64,000 bases of DNA from Eledone cirrhosa (GCA_964016885.1 OZ024742.1:23002001-23066000); one strand, 5' to 3'. Numbered from the stretch's first letter, positions 1-15,733 are shown. The notes: a model not told the origin generated them from the letters alone. Program-made: numbers and translations.

Positions 1-874
1 CGATTTTCTTTGATTATTGACAGTATTAACAGTATGTTGATGCAATGTAAATAATTCACTCATCTAACATACCCTAAAACTATAATCCTAATTAGCATTT
101 ATGATTTTATTTTAGTAATTAGGTTCAGAAGTCGAAAGCTAATTTAAAGCTTGCTCTATGAAAAGCCACAACATCTAAAGCAGTTAGAATACTAATCAGC
201 CTAATTATTATGGATCCTGTGGTTATGAGAGCTATGTAGCTAGTAGGAGTATATGTATCACTATTAACCTTATGTTGCTACATTCAGATCACCGAGAAAC
301 AAATAAAGTATTTCCTACATTCTCAGATACATTATCCTCAATATACTAGAAAAAGAGATAGGCTTGTGATAAAATTCCAAATAAAAGATGATTTACAGCT
401 CTGAAGCTCTTACAATTCTAAATTCGTTTATAACAAGGTGAAAGACATATAATCTAATAGTTACAGAAAGTACACTTCTCTACAAAAAAAAAAAAAAAAG
501 AAGATAAGTCACAAGGATAAGATATTTAGAATTAATTATATAAACTACTACTACACATGGATTAATTGATGTGATAATGTTTAAATATACACATTCACAA
601 GCATGCACACACACACCATATGTATATATCTCTCCCTGTCTTTGTTTGTATCTCTCTCTCTCTTTCTTTCTCTCTCTCTACATATATACATACATATACA
701 CACATACACACATGCACCCTTACACACATACATACACACACACACATACGTACAAACACATACGCATACACACACACACACACAGCTATATATGTGTAAT
801 GGTGACAGATGTGAGACTAAGTACTCAATACCGAAGTATAGTTTCAATATTATTTACTGTGGCTATGTGATGAG

Positions 875-925
875 TCTGGTTACTGTAGAGTTTTACCTGT
901 GTACTCAGTAGATCATCAAACTAGA
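875..925 (-). ncRNA. Degenerate hammerhead ribozyme remnant in a Penelope-like pLTR end (about 793-930)
   Basis: Minus strand reads TCTAGT-TTGATGA-stemII-AAAA-CTCTACAG-TA-ACCAGA. Both core boxes carry one substitution (CTGATGA to TTGATGA, GAAA to AAAA). It is followed by GTATTGAGTAC and then a TA/CA microsatellite. Confidence 0.45.
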
Positions 926-1017
926 TGAAATGTTCAGTGGCAGCGCGACAATAGAAATAGGGTCTTCCTCGATCTATACTTACTCTACAACTGAACGTAT
1001 AGTTTTTGCTAGTGATA

Positions 1018-1132
<115 letters not shown>

Positions 1133-1260
1133 TTAAAATAACAGATTAAAGTTTAAGCAAAGAATCGCTGCTTTCACCCTTAACGGGATCTTCTGAAACT
1201 ATCAAAGTCGTAAACATTTGCAACCGGAGGAAGACAGGAAGACGATACTTTGGACTAGAG
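1133..1260 (-). mobile_element. Short (TA)n-associated repeat with a hammerhead-like fold (CAGAAGA core); copies at 49917-49980 and 50078-50520
   Basis: ACAGATTAAAGTTTAAGCAAAGAATCGCTGCTTTCACCCTTAACGGGATCTTC recurs three times, each time abutting (TA)n. The minus strand folds as AGTTT-CAGAAGA-TCCC/GGGT-GAAA-GCA..TGC-TT-AAACT. Confidence 0.7.
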
Positions 1261-1351
1261 TACGAAATGTTAAGACCCTCTTCCTGCTATATCAAGCGTT
1301 AACCTAATATATATACGTATATAAATATATACATATATATGTATGTGTATA

Positions 1352-1435
<84 letters not shown>

Positions 1436-1472
1436 ATTAAATAAATGTAAACTATATTTATAAAACCATATT

Positions 1473-1538
1473 TATTTCGTTATATATATTTCAGGGATAT
1501 CATATTAACAATATGTTATGCCATCTTCAGACAAAATA
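1473..1538 (-). ncRNA. Type I minimal hammerhead ribozyme (Penelope pLTR)
   Basis: Minus strand: TATTTTGT-CTGAAGA-TGGCATAACATATTGTTAATATGATATCCCT-GAAA-TATATA-TA-ACGAAATA. Stems I and II pair and stem III is palindromic. Confidence 0.75.
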
Positions 1539-1739
1539 CAATATAAACAGTCTTATAAATAAATAGATATGACATACCTTTCAATCACCTTGCATTTGTG
1601 AGGTTGATTTGGCAGTTTTATATCAGTTATAAATATTTACTCGTTGTTAACCCAACAATTTAAATATAACTTTCCATATATATATATATATAAATTTATA
1701 TAAATAATATATACACACACGCACAGACACACAGACACA

Positions 1740-1799
<60 letters not shown>

Positions 1800-4152
1800 T
1801 ATATATACTCTAATATTTAGTAATCAATGGTATTCAATATTATTTAGATACATATATGTATTAGTACAGCATATTTTTGGCAAATTAAACTTCTACTTAA
1901 AGTTTCACCAAATAAATTGCATCTTTAAACGTAGTTTGCAATTCCAAATCGTTCATTCTATATGTTCTTGTATCAAACTTAATACATGCCATCTGGCACT
2001 AGTGTAAACTGCCACTTAATATTTAATTTATTTGGCAAAATGAACGATGAAGTAGCAGTGAACTTTTCCAATAGAAACACAATGACGCATATATATATAC
2101 ATCAAACATATACACACGCACGCACACACACACATATACATACATATATGTATGTAACCTTTAAGAGCTCCTTTGATTTGTGTATGAACATAAATAAATA
2201 ATATATATATATTTATATATATGTATGTGTGTGTGTATCAGTGTGTCTGTGTGTGTGTAGTGTTTATAAACATGCACATACACGCATGTATATTCACCAC
2301 TTTAGCTGAAATCACTTCCATCACTCAGGTTCCGTCTGCATATGGGACACGCTATAGAAGGGACTGCGCTAGGAAAGGCAATCACCCATGTTCACCGTCA
2401 ACCAGAAAACCTCATCTGCATGTCCTTCTCCACGCCCGTATGACACCGAATTAAAGGACCCATACAAATTTCCACAGTGATTCTGTTTCTTAATATGACG
2501 TTTGGGGACTAACAAATATTCGTTATGCAAAATGTGTGTAGATTCGGTGAAATGAAGTCATATGTTACACAGCTCGATCGAATGTATTGTGAAGATCACT
2601 TTCAGATAGCATTGTAGCTGGTTCCATCCCGATATGTGGCATCTCAGGCAAGTGTCTTTTAACATAATTTTAGGTCCTTTCATGTCTTGTGAGTGAAAGT
2701 GTGTAGAGTGAAATTGTTTGGAAACCCATCGGATGGACTGTAGTTGTATTTCAAAGTGCCAACCTTATCAGACACTGAGTGCCGTTGAATCTTATTGAGA
2801 CTTACATTATGATTGCTAGAGTCTGTTGAATGCTCAGTCACTTACTCGCTAATCTCATGAGATGGCTTTTGTATTTGGTAGAACAGCTTGAAATTCCATC
2901 GTTGAAACCGACAGGGGTCCATTTCATATAGCTATAATTAACCAAGAAACGTATTCACTGCTTTGACCTAATGTTTTGTAAGTAGAGATTGGTAAAACTA
3001 AGCGCCAGATCAGCTTCTATTGAATAGAACTAAGGTCAACAGTGTTCTAGTTTTGTCCGTCTAGTCCAAATATATAGTGTATGTAAGACTATATTATACA
3101 ATAACATCACCAGATTTGAAAACTAACAGTTTGACATTTGAAAACGCCGTCTCTACCATATTGAATATAATAGTTTTCTTTGGAGATTTGTATGGTTAAG
3201 GTTAGGTTTATTTTAAAAGTTATATAAATTAATGAGAAAAGTCTGAAGTTATTAACGAAAGAAACCTGATAAATATAGCGAAGTAATTCATTGGTGAGAA
3301 ATGCTAGTCATAACAACACAACCATTGGCTCAGCTCTCTGACAATTAAGCGAAACCATATAAATATATCTTGATGAGAAACAAGTAAATTTATCAATTCT
3401 GAGGCCAGAGGAAAACCATTATATGGTCACATTGTTTTATATAAATAGCAGCCAAAACCACCTCTTATTACAGTCTACAATCTTAAAATAAGCTAGTAGA
3501 TTAACTACGACTGAAAACACAATAATGACTGGTCCTGGTTGAAATACCTTTCGATATAGATATATACGTCCAGGGCAGCCATATCATGAACGAACAAATA
3601 TATAGCAGCCATTTTAAACAAAATAACTTTTAAACAATCTCGGTGATCTTTTCTAATACTCAGTTTGATTTGACAACTATTCCAGCAACTTGATATTTGA
3701 AAGATCTCTGTAAAATTTGTAGAATAAGTCCATTTATATTTAGAATATACCATTTAAAACAATGCATAACTAATGTAATCAATGTGGAAATTTTAGAATA
3801 AAATATTGTTTGCCTTTTGCTAAAAATCTGTGTTTATTTCTTTAAGAGTATTTATAGATTTTCTAAAAAGGAATTTTCAATTGCCTGCATAATTATTTCT
3901 TTTGTTTCTTGCTTCGTTATTCAAAGTATTGTAATTTACACGTTATAAATTTTATATCCAACTTAAATTTTTAATCATAAAATTAAGGTATTTGCAAGTA
4001 AAATTAAATTGAAATTTCTAACAAATAATTATTTGACCAGTTTTGTTGCCAACTGAAGCAAATTCTAAACGCATTCGAAATGGAAAGGATGAAAGGGAAA
4101 CACGATTTTAGTGTATGTGTGTTTATGTGTATACATATGCATTTATTTATAC

Positions 4153-4228
<76 letters not shown>

Positions 4229-4267
4229 ATATGTATATATATATATACACATATACACACATATATG

Positions 4268-4319
<52 letters not shown>

Positions 4320-4365
4320 TCTATATATCTATATATATATATACATGTATACATATAAATATATA

Positions 4366-4441
<76 letters not shown>

Positions 4442-5261
4442 TGTATGTATATATATGTGTGTGTATGTGTGTGTGCGTGTGTAAGCGTGTGTATGTGTAC
4501 GTATGTATCGTGTGTTGTGCATGCCCATGTGTGTGTGTGGAGAGTTAGCTTGATAGATTGTGAGAGAGATAGATCGTGAATGAAGTAATGTTTTACTGTA
4601 TCCTTGGTTAATTTCTCTTGTTCAACAACAAAAACAAGCACAATAAACCAAAAAACAAAAAAAACAAAAATTAAGAAATAAAAATTTCTAGTAAAATAAT
4701 CAGTAGTCTTAAGTTTTCACTAACATGATTGAAAAGTAAAATTGGTGTAAATTTGCTGCTTTTAAATTTTTATTTGCCTCCATAACATCGCATAAAACAC
4801 GTCCAGGCTTACATATGTCTTCATTTCAATCCTTCTAATACGCATTCTTAATTATTCTGAATTTTAGTTCTTTCGTTTGATACCAGGCTTATATTTACTT
4901 TGCTGTGGACGACAGTTTTGATAATTCCGAAAACTAGAAGCTATTTATATTTTTGCCGTATAGCTACACCATTGTTTTTGCCATTATATTCTATATATTT
5001 CATATTGATTTCTTTTTTCTTTTTAATTGAGAGATTAATGGCTGTTAAGAATAAAACAATATGGCGCATAAACAAAGGAGAGAGCAACATCACGCTCAAA
5101 TATACAATAACACATACACAAATATACAATAACACATACACAGATATACAATAACACATACACATACTACACACTAACACACACACACAGACGCATACAA
5201 GAAGTAAACAATTATAAACACACAAAATATGACGTATAAACGAAGATGCGTGTAGCATGAG

Positions 5262-5368
<107 letters not shown>

Positions 5369-5383
5369 CAATATATATATATT

Positions 5384-5447
<64 letters not shown>

Positions 5448-5788
5448 TACATATATATATTTATATATATACATATATATATGTATGTATATATTTATAT
5501 ATTCATACACACATACACACCACACACACAACACACGCACATATATATATATATATTAAAACGCATACGCATATAGCGATAAATAAAGAAACACACACAA
5601 TTGGGCATAAACATAAAAAAATTGCAAATTCACGCCCAGATACAGAAACACAGACAAAAATAGACCACCACATACACATATACACAAACACCAGCACATG
5701 CAGATACGCGCACATAGATACGCACACACACAAGCGCATACAGATGCGCACACGCATACCAGCAAATATATAAACATCACAAACAAAC

Positions 5789-5847
<59 letters not shown>

Positions 5848-8800
5848 GTTATATTGCATTCTAACCAATAAAAATATCGCTGCTAATCACGGGATCCAAT
5901 CTCTTCAATGTATTATATTCAGACGGAATGGTGTAAAAATGTTAACAAAATATATATAAAACCTTGAACAGAGAAAATAGAATAAAAGAAATGGCAAATA
6001 ATAAATGTATATTTACGGATTAATTCTATGAATTGATAGAATCAAAATGGTCATTTGATTTTAAAGGAAATCTTCTAAATAAATGTTCCATTTTATTTGA
6101 TTAAATCTTCTGATCCCGTTATATTCCTGTAAAATGGTTCTATGCGTGACAATAATTAAACGAAACAACATATCCTTTCTCTGCAGCAAACACTACTTTA
6201 CTCATCAATAGCATGCAGTGGAGAAGTATAAAAATGGACGTTACAACGCCATATTGCACCCGTTGCGTTTCTAAATTAAAATACAGATTGTGATGTTATC
6301 ATTGTCCTAGCCAATATGATATCATGTTCGCATTCCATCTGTGCTGAAACTAATTAGATAAGGGGTAGATTATTCATTTTACTCTATATTGGGCATGGTA
6401 GAAAAGAAACATTTCCACACTGATCATTCAAAACTACAAATATGTATTTCGGCGTATAAACTTCCTTAAGCGCGGAGATCAGAAAGTTATTCCTGGTAGA
6501 GCCACTATTTCACGAATTGACAGATGACACAATGTAGAATCATATTTTTTTCTACCCATTGACAAGATCCCAAAATCCCATTTTTACATTGGCTTACCGA
6601 GTGCGATGAAATTCGTCAAATGAGACCAAGCAAACAATGTTTCCATTGGTCTTTCCATTACTGATACTATCTACCGGTTGCAACTCCTGTCAGAAAATCA
6701 TATACTTAAATCATATACTTTAGATACATATATAGATAGATAGCTAGATACCTACGTACATACATTCATACATACATGCCCATATATAATGGTATCCGAT
6801 TTAGGCAGAAGGGCAACACTTTCAGGGGAGGGAATGTCGATGACCTCTACTCCACTACGTTGCTGGTAATATATTTTGTCGGCACTTTAAGGATGACAGA
6901 CGAAGCTAACCTCAGTGGAATTTGAACTCAGACCGTAAAGCTCCGTTACTATATGACGCAAAGTATCTAGTCCGATGCTCTATCGATACTCCCAATCCAC
7001 CACCTGGTGATAATAACGAACACCTTGTTACGTTTATATTATACTATTGCTTCAAAGATTGCAGTTTTGAACCTAATGTTCGTTACCCATTTAGATATGA
7101 GAAAATCTGAGACTTGCTGACTGATACAACGTAGCAGTAGAGATCATACAGCATTGAGCAGACAATATATATTTTCATGTATTGTAATATAAAGATAAAC
7201 CAATACAAACAGCTATAAATAACTAGAATATCTACCAAGATGAACTAATAGAAACATTATTAGTTGATCATTTTAAGTATACCCACTTTAAGACTTTAAT
7301 TATATTCTACATTGAACATCATCGGCACGCATTAAGCTTTTACGAGATTTGCCGCTTAGATCATGAATTAATGCTAATAGATCAAATTTACAAAATATCT
7401 ATAATTATTCTGTACTTGAATCAAATCCGTGCTAGAATGAAGAAATAACTGGATATTTATTTTATCAGCTATAATAATGTTAATAAAATTACTCTGTAAT
7501 CCCCAACACCCTCCAGAAAACTGACGTATTATTGTTTTTGTCTCTTAAGCTATCTACAGTCTGGTCTTATTTATAACCAGTTCTTCCATATTGCTTTTTC
7601 TGCTAGTCTATTTCCACTGGGATCTGGGAACACATTTTGATTAGGCTAAATCTAATCTATCAATCAATACTTGTCGTCACGTACAGTAAGCGAAGAGAAA
7701 AGGAAACTGAACATTGTTGTAAGTATAATCTGGGTTTGAAATAAAATAATGTAGTGACATCTTCCGGTCTCTCAAATTGTCTACTAACGGAAGAGGAAGA
7801 TAGAAAAGTAAATTAGAAGCGAAATTTCTGGAGAAAAGTTGCAGAAACTGAGTAGATTAGATGATAAATGAGGTCTGTAAATCGAATGAAAGCAGCACGC
7901 TGCATATTTCGAACATTAAGGAAAATTATTTAAACTTGAAACACATTATATAATGTGAATAGAAGAGAAGTAGCCATTGTGTATTTATAACAGTTTGTTA
8001 CACAAATATGTTTGTTCATTCTTTTCTTTTACATATTTTACCACTATGCGATCGGCTCGTTGTTGCAGTACGAGATCTTACGTGTTCTAATGCCAACACA
8101 AGCTATACCAACGGATCCCCTCACTTTCGGTTAGGCCACCCATGGTGGATATATAATTGGGGAGCTTCCAAGTTAAATGCAGTTCACCACTCATGTCCTC
8201 AAATGTAGATGATGTGAGGAAACTGAATATAATCACACAGTGGCTGTGAAGGCAGTTGAAGGCAGTTGACGGCAGTTGAAGGCTGATGAAGGTGGACATG
8301 CTAGCTGAAGCTCCAGTAGCCTTGATGTACCACAACAAACGAATCCAGACAGAAGTCTCTTTTTGAACCCTGTAAAACGAAACCTTCAGCACAATCAATC
8401 TTGCTACGATCGGCCCTGGGTTCGGACTCGGTACATAAGTGGTTGATGTTTGATTATGTCGTTTTATTGTTTGATATGGAAGTAGGATCAATTGACGGCA
8501 ACTGCATCCATGACACAACAGCCCTTTGTAGGATCAATTCAGCTGAAATTGCATTGTGAAGAAGATTTTGAGAGTGTACTGGATTTATTCCGCTAAATAT
8601 TCAGTAACGATTTCAATGACTATCTACTAATGTTAGTTGAGACTAGAACCGTATTACCACTAGACCGTCGAACCGTTGCTGCCGTTCCTACGTTCATCTG
8701 TAAGATCACGACCCTCTCAGCAAGCCACTCCCCACCAGCATACATTACGTATTTTCAATGCTGTTGCATATATTTGAAGCTATTCCAATTAGTTATGGAA

Positions 8801-10928
8801 AAAACAGGAGAGTTGTAATTATTTGTTATGTCTGAAACATTATGTAGTAATTGAGGTCAACATATCTTCCCTAAACCAACAGTCTATATAACTAGAAATA
8901 GGTTCCACGCGTATCATTTTAGCATCAGTATGGTATAACTCTGGTCAAGAAAGGATTTAGAAATAACCTAGCTGCAAGCAGAGACAGAACTGTAAAATGG
9001 GCCAGGGATTTACTATCATGTGTTGGTGAGTTCAGTTTCTCCCGAGGTAAAATTAACTATTAGAGACATAAGTCCTATCCAGGAAAAGTTGATCTTTCCT
9101 TCCCGACAAAACTCATAAACCGAACAAATATGTTCCCCGCAAATATCTGTAATTGAAGAAAACTAATCGTTTCGGTGAAGCTATTGGAATTGTTGAAGTC
9201 ACAGTACACAAATAGATTAAATGGCTGGAAACGGAAACGGAAGCTTGTCTAGAGTATCAGATTGTCTGTAGTTTAGAATCATCACTATACATGACATGCA
9301 TGATAAAACAGATATCTCACTGGTGATGGTTTCACATAAATAGCTGTTGTAATTAACATAGGGAATTATTTGAAATATTAAATTTATTCTGAAACTTTCT
9401 ATTCACTAGCTAATTAATTATTATTTAAAAGACAGGAAGATATTTGATTGAGGGTATGTTTAGACACCGGATATGGTTGGAAACAAAATATTTTGTGGTC
9501 ATATATTCTGTTCTTTACGTAATTAATTCAAGTTTTCTCCTAACTCGATAATATTAGTAATATTTATGAACTCGTGCCAATGTTAAAATCCATATAAAAC
9601 TTTATTATGGCCCAAACGAATTCTTTAAATTTTTAGAAATAAAAAACCCTCTACATTTTCGAAAATTAAATTTTGTCTAAAGATATTCCCAACAGAGCCA
9701 GAATAATGATTTTTCAATTTTCATTAATATAAATAAATATAATTAAAGCTAGCCGAAGAGGATGAATGTTCTAGACTAGCAGGTGGCTATATATTAATAT
9801 ATATTTAATTCAGTTTAATTTAACTCTACCGTATCATATTGACTGGAGTAGAACTTTCTTCCAATCTTTCACCGATTTGATCAAACAAATATATGAAAGA
9901 ACTATGTGTCATACAAATTCGTGTAGCTGTTCATCTATGAAAAGTATCTTTCTGCCTTTACCGAGTTGAAGATACTCTCTTTTACTTCCTATACTTCACT
10001 GAAAAAGAAATTTCTGTATTCAGGCCTGGAGAGGAGATAGGCTCTGTCAGTTTATATAAATTGCCCAAGAAACGCCGTATACTATCTCGGCACCTATACG
10101 ACACTATCAGTAGATACGAGCACTTACCAAACCATATCACCTCGTGTCTGTTAATATCAACCTTATTTACATGCGTCTGTATATGTGCATATGGAGCTAT
10201 CTAAACTTCTGTGTCTGTGAATGCATGATTAAAATTAGTAAAATAAAAATATGTGCTTATATATGCACTTCTATATGTTATGCCTCGAGTTTGAAAGTAT
10301 CATAAAAATATCGTTCAAGAACCACATAAATTGAAACAATGTAAGCGGACTTCGGGAAAAGCAAGTCACATAATGCAATTATACAGATTAAGGAAGTAAA
10401 GATGTGTTTATTAGACACTGCTTTATATATTGCACTTGAGAAAACAACAGCAAAAAACAAAATCAAAAACAAGAATAAAGCTGATAAGGATAATGTTTAC
10501 GCAAGGCTTCAGTTCAATTGTGTTTCCAATATTCAATAACATATACGTCTTGATAAATATATTCCCATTGGTGTGACTCTGAGCTAATTTAATTGTGCGA
10601 ATGATTCTTGGAGTGTTAAACAAGGAGAAAACAAACTTATAACGGGTGAAGATGTGACTATGTTTTAATCAGCCAAGTTAATTCTATAAGAATATTTTTT
10701 CGTGTCGTATTAGAATAATGATTAATATTTTGTTATATATTATCTGCAATCAATTTTGTTTGGCAAATAATATAATTTTAACAGAATAATTTCTAACATA
10801 ATTAAGTAATAATGATATGATATTAAGTCTTCCATATGTATGTCGTTCATCCACCGACGAAAATAAGATTAAAAAGAGAAGGTCAAATACAAAGAAAATA
10901 TATTCTTGGAATATTTTACAAAGATTGT

Positions 10929-11133
10929 TGACGTCAGCGAAGAGATGAAAATTGCGACCCCAGGTGGTTGCTGTTGATATAAAGTGTGGTGTGGTCGTGC
11001 GCGGAGATGCTATAAAAATAGCTTATAAAATACGGCGAAGACCCTTAAAACGGAAACAGAATTTGCCCTCAGCAATGATATATCACTAAAACCATGTTAC
11101 TGCAATTGAGAATCATATACAACTCATGTAAGT
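10929..11133 (+). promoter_or_regulatory. Candidate Pol II promoter and short first exon
   Basis: Perfect CRE TGACGTCA (10929-10936), two TGTGGT sites, TATAAAA at 11011 and 11024, a local CpG increase and a GTAAGT donor at 11128. No downstream exon identified. Confidence 0.3.
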
Positions 11134-11204
11134 GTCTGAGAAATTAGAACTATAAAAAGCGTTTAAGACATTAACTCGCCTTTCTCAATGTATTATTATT
11201 AGTG

Positions 11205-11700
11205 AGAGCGGTGGATTGGCAGTATCGGTAGAGGGTCGGACACCATGCTTAGCAACATAGAGTTACGGCCCTTTACGGTCTGAGTTCAAATCCGGCCGAG
11301 GTTAACTTTACCTTTCATTCTTACGGGGTCGATGAAATAAAGTACCAGTCACATACTGAGTCGATTTAATCGACTTCCCCTCCCCCCAAATTACTGGCCT
11401 TGTGCCTATATAAGAAACCATTATTATTAGTGGGGGTGGTGAATTGGCAGTATCAGCAGTGGATCGGACGGTATTCTTAGTAGCATAGAGTTATTGCCCT
11501 TTACGGTCTGGTTTCAAATCCGGCCGAGGTTAACTTTGCCTTTCATCCTTACGGGGTCGATAAAATAAAGCACCAGTAACGTACTGGTGCTTTAATCAAC
11601 TTTCCCCTCCTCCAAATTATTGGCCTTCTACCTATACTAGAAATCATTAATATCAATACAAATTGTTGGCCTTATGCCTAAATCAGAAAGCATCATTATC
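11205..11700 (+). mobile_element. Two tandem tRNA-derived SINEs with a Deu/Nin-type core and (ATT)n tails, plus an extra 3'-tail copy
   Basis: A-box-like TGGCAGTATCGG, B-box GAGTTCAAATCC and core GCCTTTCATCCTTACGGGGTCGATAAAATAAAGTACCAG. The 3' end is GGCCTTGTGCCTA..AGAAACCATTATT, and the copies are preceded and separated by (ATT)n. Confidence 0.9.
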
Positions 11701-11702
11701 AA

Positions 11703-12034
11703 TCTAAACTCTAATAAAGTAAGTAATTTTCAAATATCAACACTTCCGGTTAGCAATCGCTTAAATAAACATTCCTATATTTCCGTCACTAATTTTCTCC
11801 TAATGCAGTTTATATATAATATCGTCTTTTTTTAATGTACGTATCATGGATTACTTTACTGATTACATAAGACAGTGTAACACAATCTTCGTTCAATGTC
11901 TGTGTGTATTGTCAGTTACGATTTTATTTGATGTATCATATCTACATGTATATATACCTGCGTATAATATCAATATTCACACTACACATGCTAGCAGAAA
12001 ACCACCAGAGAGGTGGTTTTTCTGCTAGTACTAG
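11703..12034 (+). mobile_element. Possible non-autonomous Helitron
   Basis: A|TCTAAACTCTAATAAAG 5' end, a 3' hairpin ACCACC-AGAGA-GGTGGT (extendable to about 16 bp) and then CTAG|T. Single copy in the window. Confidence 0.4.
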
Positions 12035-12238
12035 TTACTTAAGAAACAAATAGTTAATTATAAAAATTATTATTTGGAGACCGCTCTCTCTTGGTCACCA
12101 ATCTTTAACATCTATTTTATATAATTACCTGTTTTCACCTATTCTAATTTCCGTTACTAATCTAATATTTTAAACCTATTTCGAGATTTTTCCTGTACTT
12201 TTATTCTCTGATATTTTTCTATATATCCTCCTAATTAA

Positions 12239-12372
12239 TTGTTTCTACTTTAGGCACAATGCCAGCAATTACCCACTGCATTACTGGTACTACATTTTAT
12301 CGACCCCGTAAGGATGAAAGGCAAATTGAACCTCGGCGGGATTTGAACTCAGATCGCAAAGGGACGTAACTA
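12239..12372 (-). mobile_element. Deu/Nin-core SINE, 5'-truncated, short internal-deletion form
   Basis: Reverse complement of the 11205 family core and tail. Confidence 0.85.
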
Positions 12373-12510
12373 TATATATATATATATATATATATCCTCC
12401 TAATTAATGCCTTTTTTTTCTTTACCTCTCACATGTTGCTGTCTATCATATCTCTATATATGTTTTTGGCAACCATTCAGGGTGTGGCTTCTTATATGCC
12501 GTCTTACCTT

Positions 12511-12605
<95 letters not shown>

Positions 12606-12732
12606 GTTAAACAAGGTTCAATGAATAAATCAAAGAGTGAGTTTTACAATAGATTGGAAGCACTCAACAATGTTTAGTGGAGTAAATACACAATATATTA
12701 ATAAATGGAAACTATATTTATAAAACCATATT

Positions 12733-12798
12733 TATTTTATTATATATATTTCAAGGGCAACCAAGGCAAATTATGGTGCGTTTTCATCAGATAAAATA
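12733..12798 (-). ncRNA. Type I minimal hammerhead ribozyme in a pLTR fragment (about 12602-12900)
   Basis: Minus strand: TATTTTAT-CTGATGA-stemII-GAAA-TATATA-TA-ATAAAATA. Homologous to 1473-1538, with an A-U versus G-C compensatory change in stem I. Confidence 0.75.
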
Positions 12799-13409
12799 CA
12801 GATTTGCTTTATAAATAAATATTGACATACCCGGAAAAAAAAAACAACCTCAGCGGTTGGAGCTTCCTGGATAGTTTATATTTATACATATTTATACACA
12901 CACACACATATATATATGACACATATATCAAACTCTGTCTCTCTTCGGTGATATATCACCTTTCTTCTTCTATATCTTCCCTATCTATCTATTGATCTAT
13001 GTGTGTGTGTGTGTGTGTATATATGTGTGTGTGTGTGTTTGTGAGTATTACGTGCGTGTATGTTTGTGCGTATGTATTTGTGTGAGTGTGTGCATATATG
13101 TATATATATATATGTGTGTGTATATATATATATTTATATAAATGTTTGTATTTATGTATGTAATTGTGTATGTATATCTATCTATTTATCTATAAAAAAA
13201 AAGAGAAAGTTATCTATATATATATAGATCTAAACATCTGTATCTGTCCCGTAGCTATAATGTTATATCTGCATTCACATACATATGTATATCTGTTTAT
13301 ATATACTATTTCATACACAGCCTTAGGCATATACATCCATATAGAGGTTTTGATTGGAAAACAGATACATCATTGTAAAACAGTCACATGCATGTATATA
13401 CTTATATAT

Positions 13410-13462
<53 letters not shown>

Positions 13463-13608
13463 TTAATATATATATATATATGTATATATATATATGACTC
13501 CAGTTCCCCAGTGAATTAACAACCCAACAAGGAACTGGGCATATCAGAGTATTGACAATATCATACACCTAAACAACATATGTACTTGTCTATACCATAC
13601 TAATTCAA

Positions 13609-13663
13609 ACTGCCTGAAGAGGTCACAGCCAAAGATGGCTGTCACTGAAATATATATAGCAGT
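13609..13663 (+). ncRNA. Type I minimal hammerhead ribozyme
   Basis: ACTGC-CTGAAGA-GGTCACAGCCA-AAGA-TGGCTGTCACT-GAAA-TATATA-TA-GCAGT. Stem I is perfect and stem II pairs 10 of 11. It is followed by AATAAA and sits on an island of about 215 bp between (TA)n runs. Confidence 0.85.
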
Positions 13664-13794
13664 AATAAACGAAGCTAAATTTTAATCATTTGACTTTATT
13701 TAACTTTATTTTATATATAAATATATATATATATATAAATATATATAATATGTGTCTGTGTATGTGTGTGTGCATGTATGTATAAATGTATATG

Positions 13795-14319
<525 letters not shown>

Positions 14320-14427
14320 GTGTGTGTGTGACTGTGTGCGTATGTCTGTTTAAGTTTGTGTGTTCTGTTTTTATTTCTGGCAATATTACCCACATATAAA
14401 CACACATACACACGCATATATATATAT

Positions 14428-14503
<76 letters not shown>

Positions 14504-14521
14504 TTATATGTATATGTATAT

Positions 14522-14553
<32 letters not shown>

Positions 14554-14585
14554 GTATATGTATATATATATGTATATATATATAA

Positions 14586-14640
<55 letters not shown>

Positions 14641-15288
14641 TTAATATATATATATATATGTATATATATATATGAGTTGTACCAATGCATATATATATAT
14701 GAGATACACCACCGCATATAGGTATATATAGATATATAAAGAAATGTATATAGTCTCAGCTCAGAACAATTATCGTATTAAGGCCTGCGGTCGTGTTTGC
14801 CATCGTTAATTGCTATTTGGTATACAGTAATCTTCACTCCCCAGGAGATTAGTATTTCAGGGAACGTCTCTTAGGAATTACACACCATATTTTCCCCACT
14901 ACTCATTACAATGCCTTACATACTGCTTCACTCAGTCAACCCTTCAATCAGTCACTCATTTACACACTCACACACACTTTCACATACACATATACATAAA
15001 CATACACTCTCTCACTGCCACATATACACATTTACACACTCACACACACACATTCACAAATACTTACATATAAACATACACTCTCTCCCTGCCATATATA
15101 TATATTTACACATCCATGCATATGCACTCACACCAGTGCAATTTTGAATAACAATGATTCTTTTTACACAAGGATTTTGCTCTTACTGACCTACACCTGA
15201 CTTTGATTGGCAGGACTGCTATCTTACCTTGAACCTTCACTACACACCCCAGCCATATCGAACACACAAATCATATAGAACTAATGCG

Positions 15289-15331
<43 letters not shown>

Positions 15332-15585
15332 GTATACACATACACGCTCACAAGACATATGTTGTATATGCCACAAACATGAATATATATATATTCATGT
15401 TTGTGTCATATATATATGCATTTGTGTATATATATATATGAGTATATGTGTGTTTGTGTTTTTGTGTGTGCGTGTATATATATATATACACACACACAAA
15501 AACACAAACAGACATATAATCACATATATATATATATACACACAGAGACACATATATATATGTATATATATATACATACACACAC

Positions 15586-15619
<34 letters not shown>

Positions 15620-15670
15620 TTGTGTATGTATGTATATATATATATATATTACATATATGTATACACACAT

Positions 15671-15733
<63 letters not shown>

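Noticed and set aside
6230-6560. Faint resemblance to a decayed DDE transposase (CPSQY..FAFHL, GHG, VFRR)
   Set aside because: The motifs are scattered over different frames with many stops and cannot be supported without a profile search.
8246-8292. Short tandem TGAAGGCAGT-type repeat ending in CTGATGA
   Set aside because: No stem II/GAAA arrangement follows, so it is a simple minisatellite rather than a hammerhead or CRISPR array.
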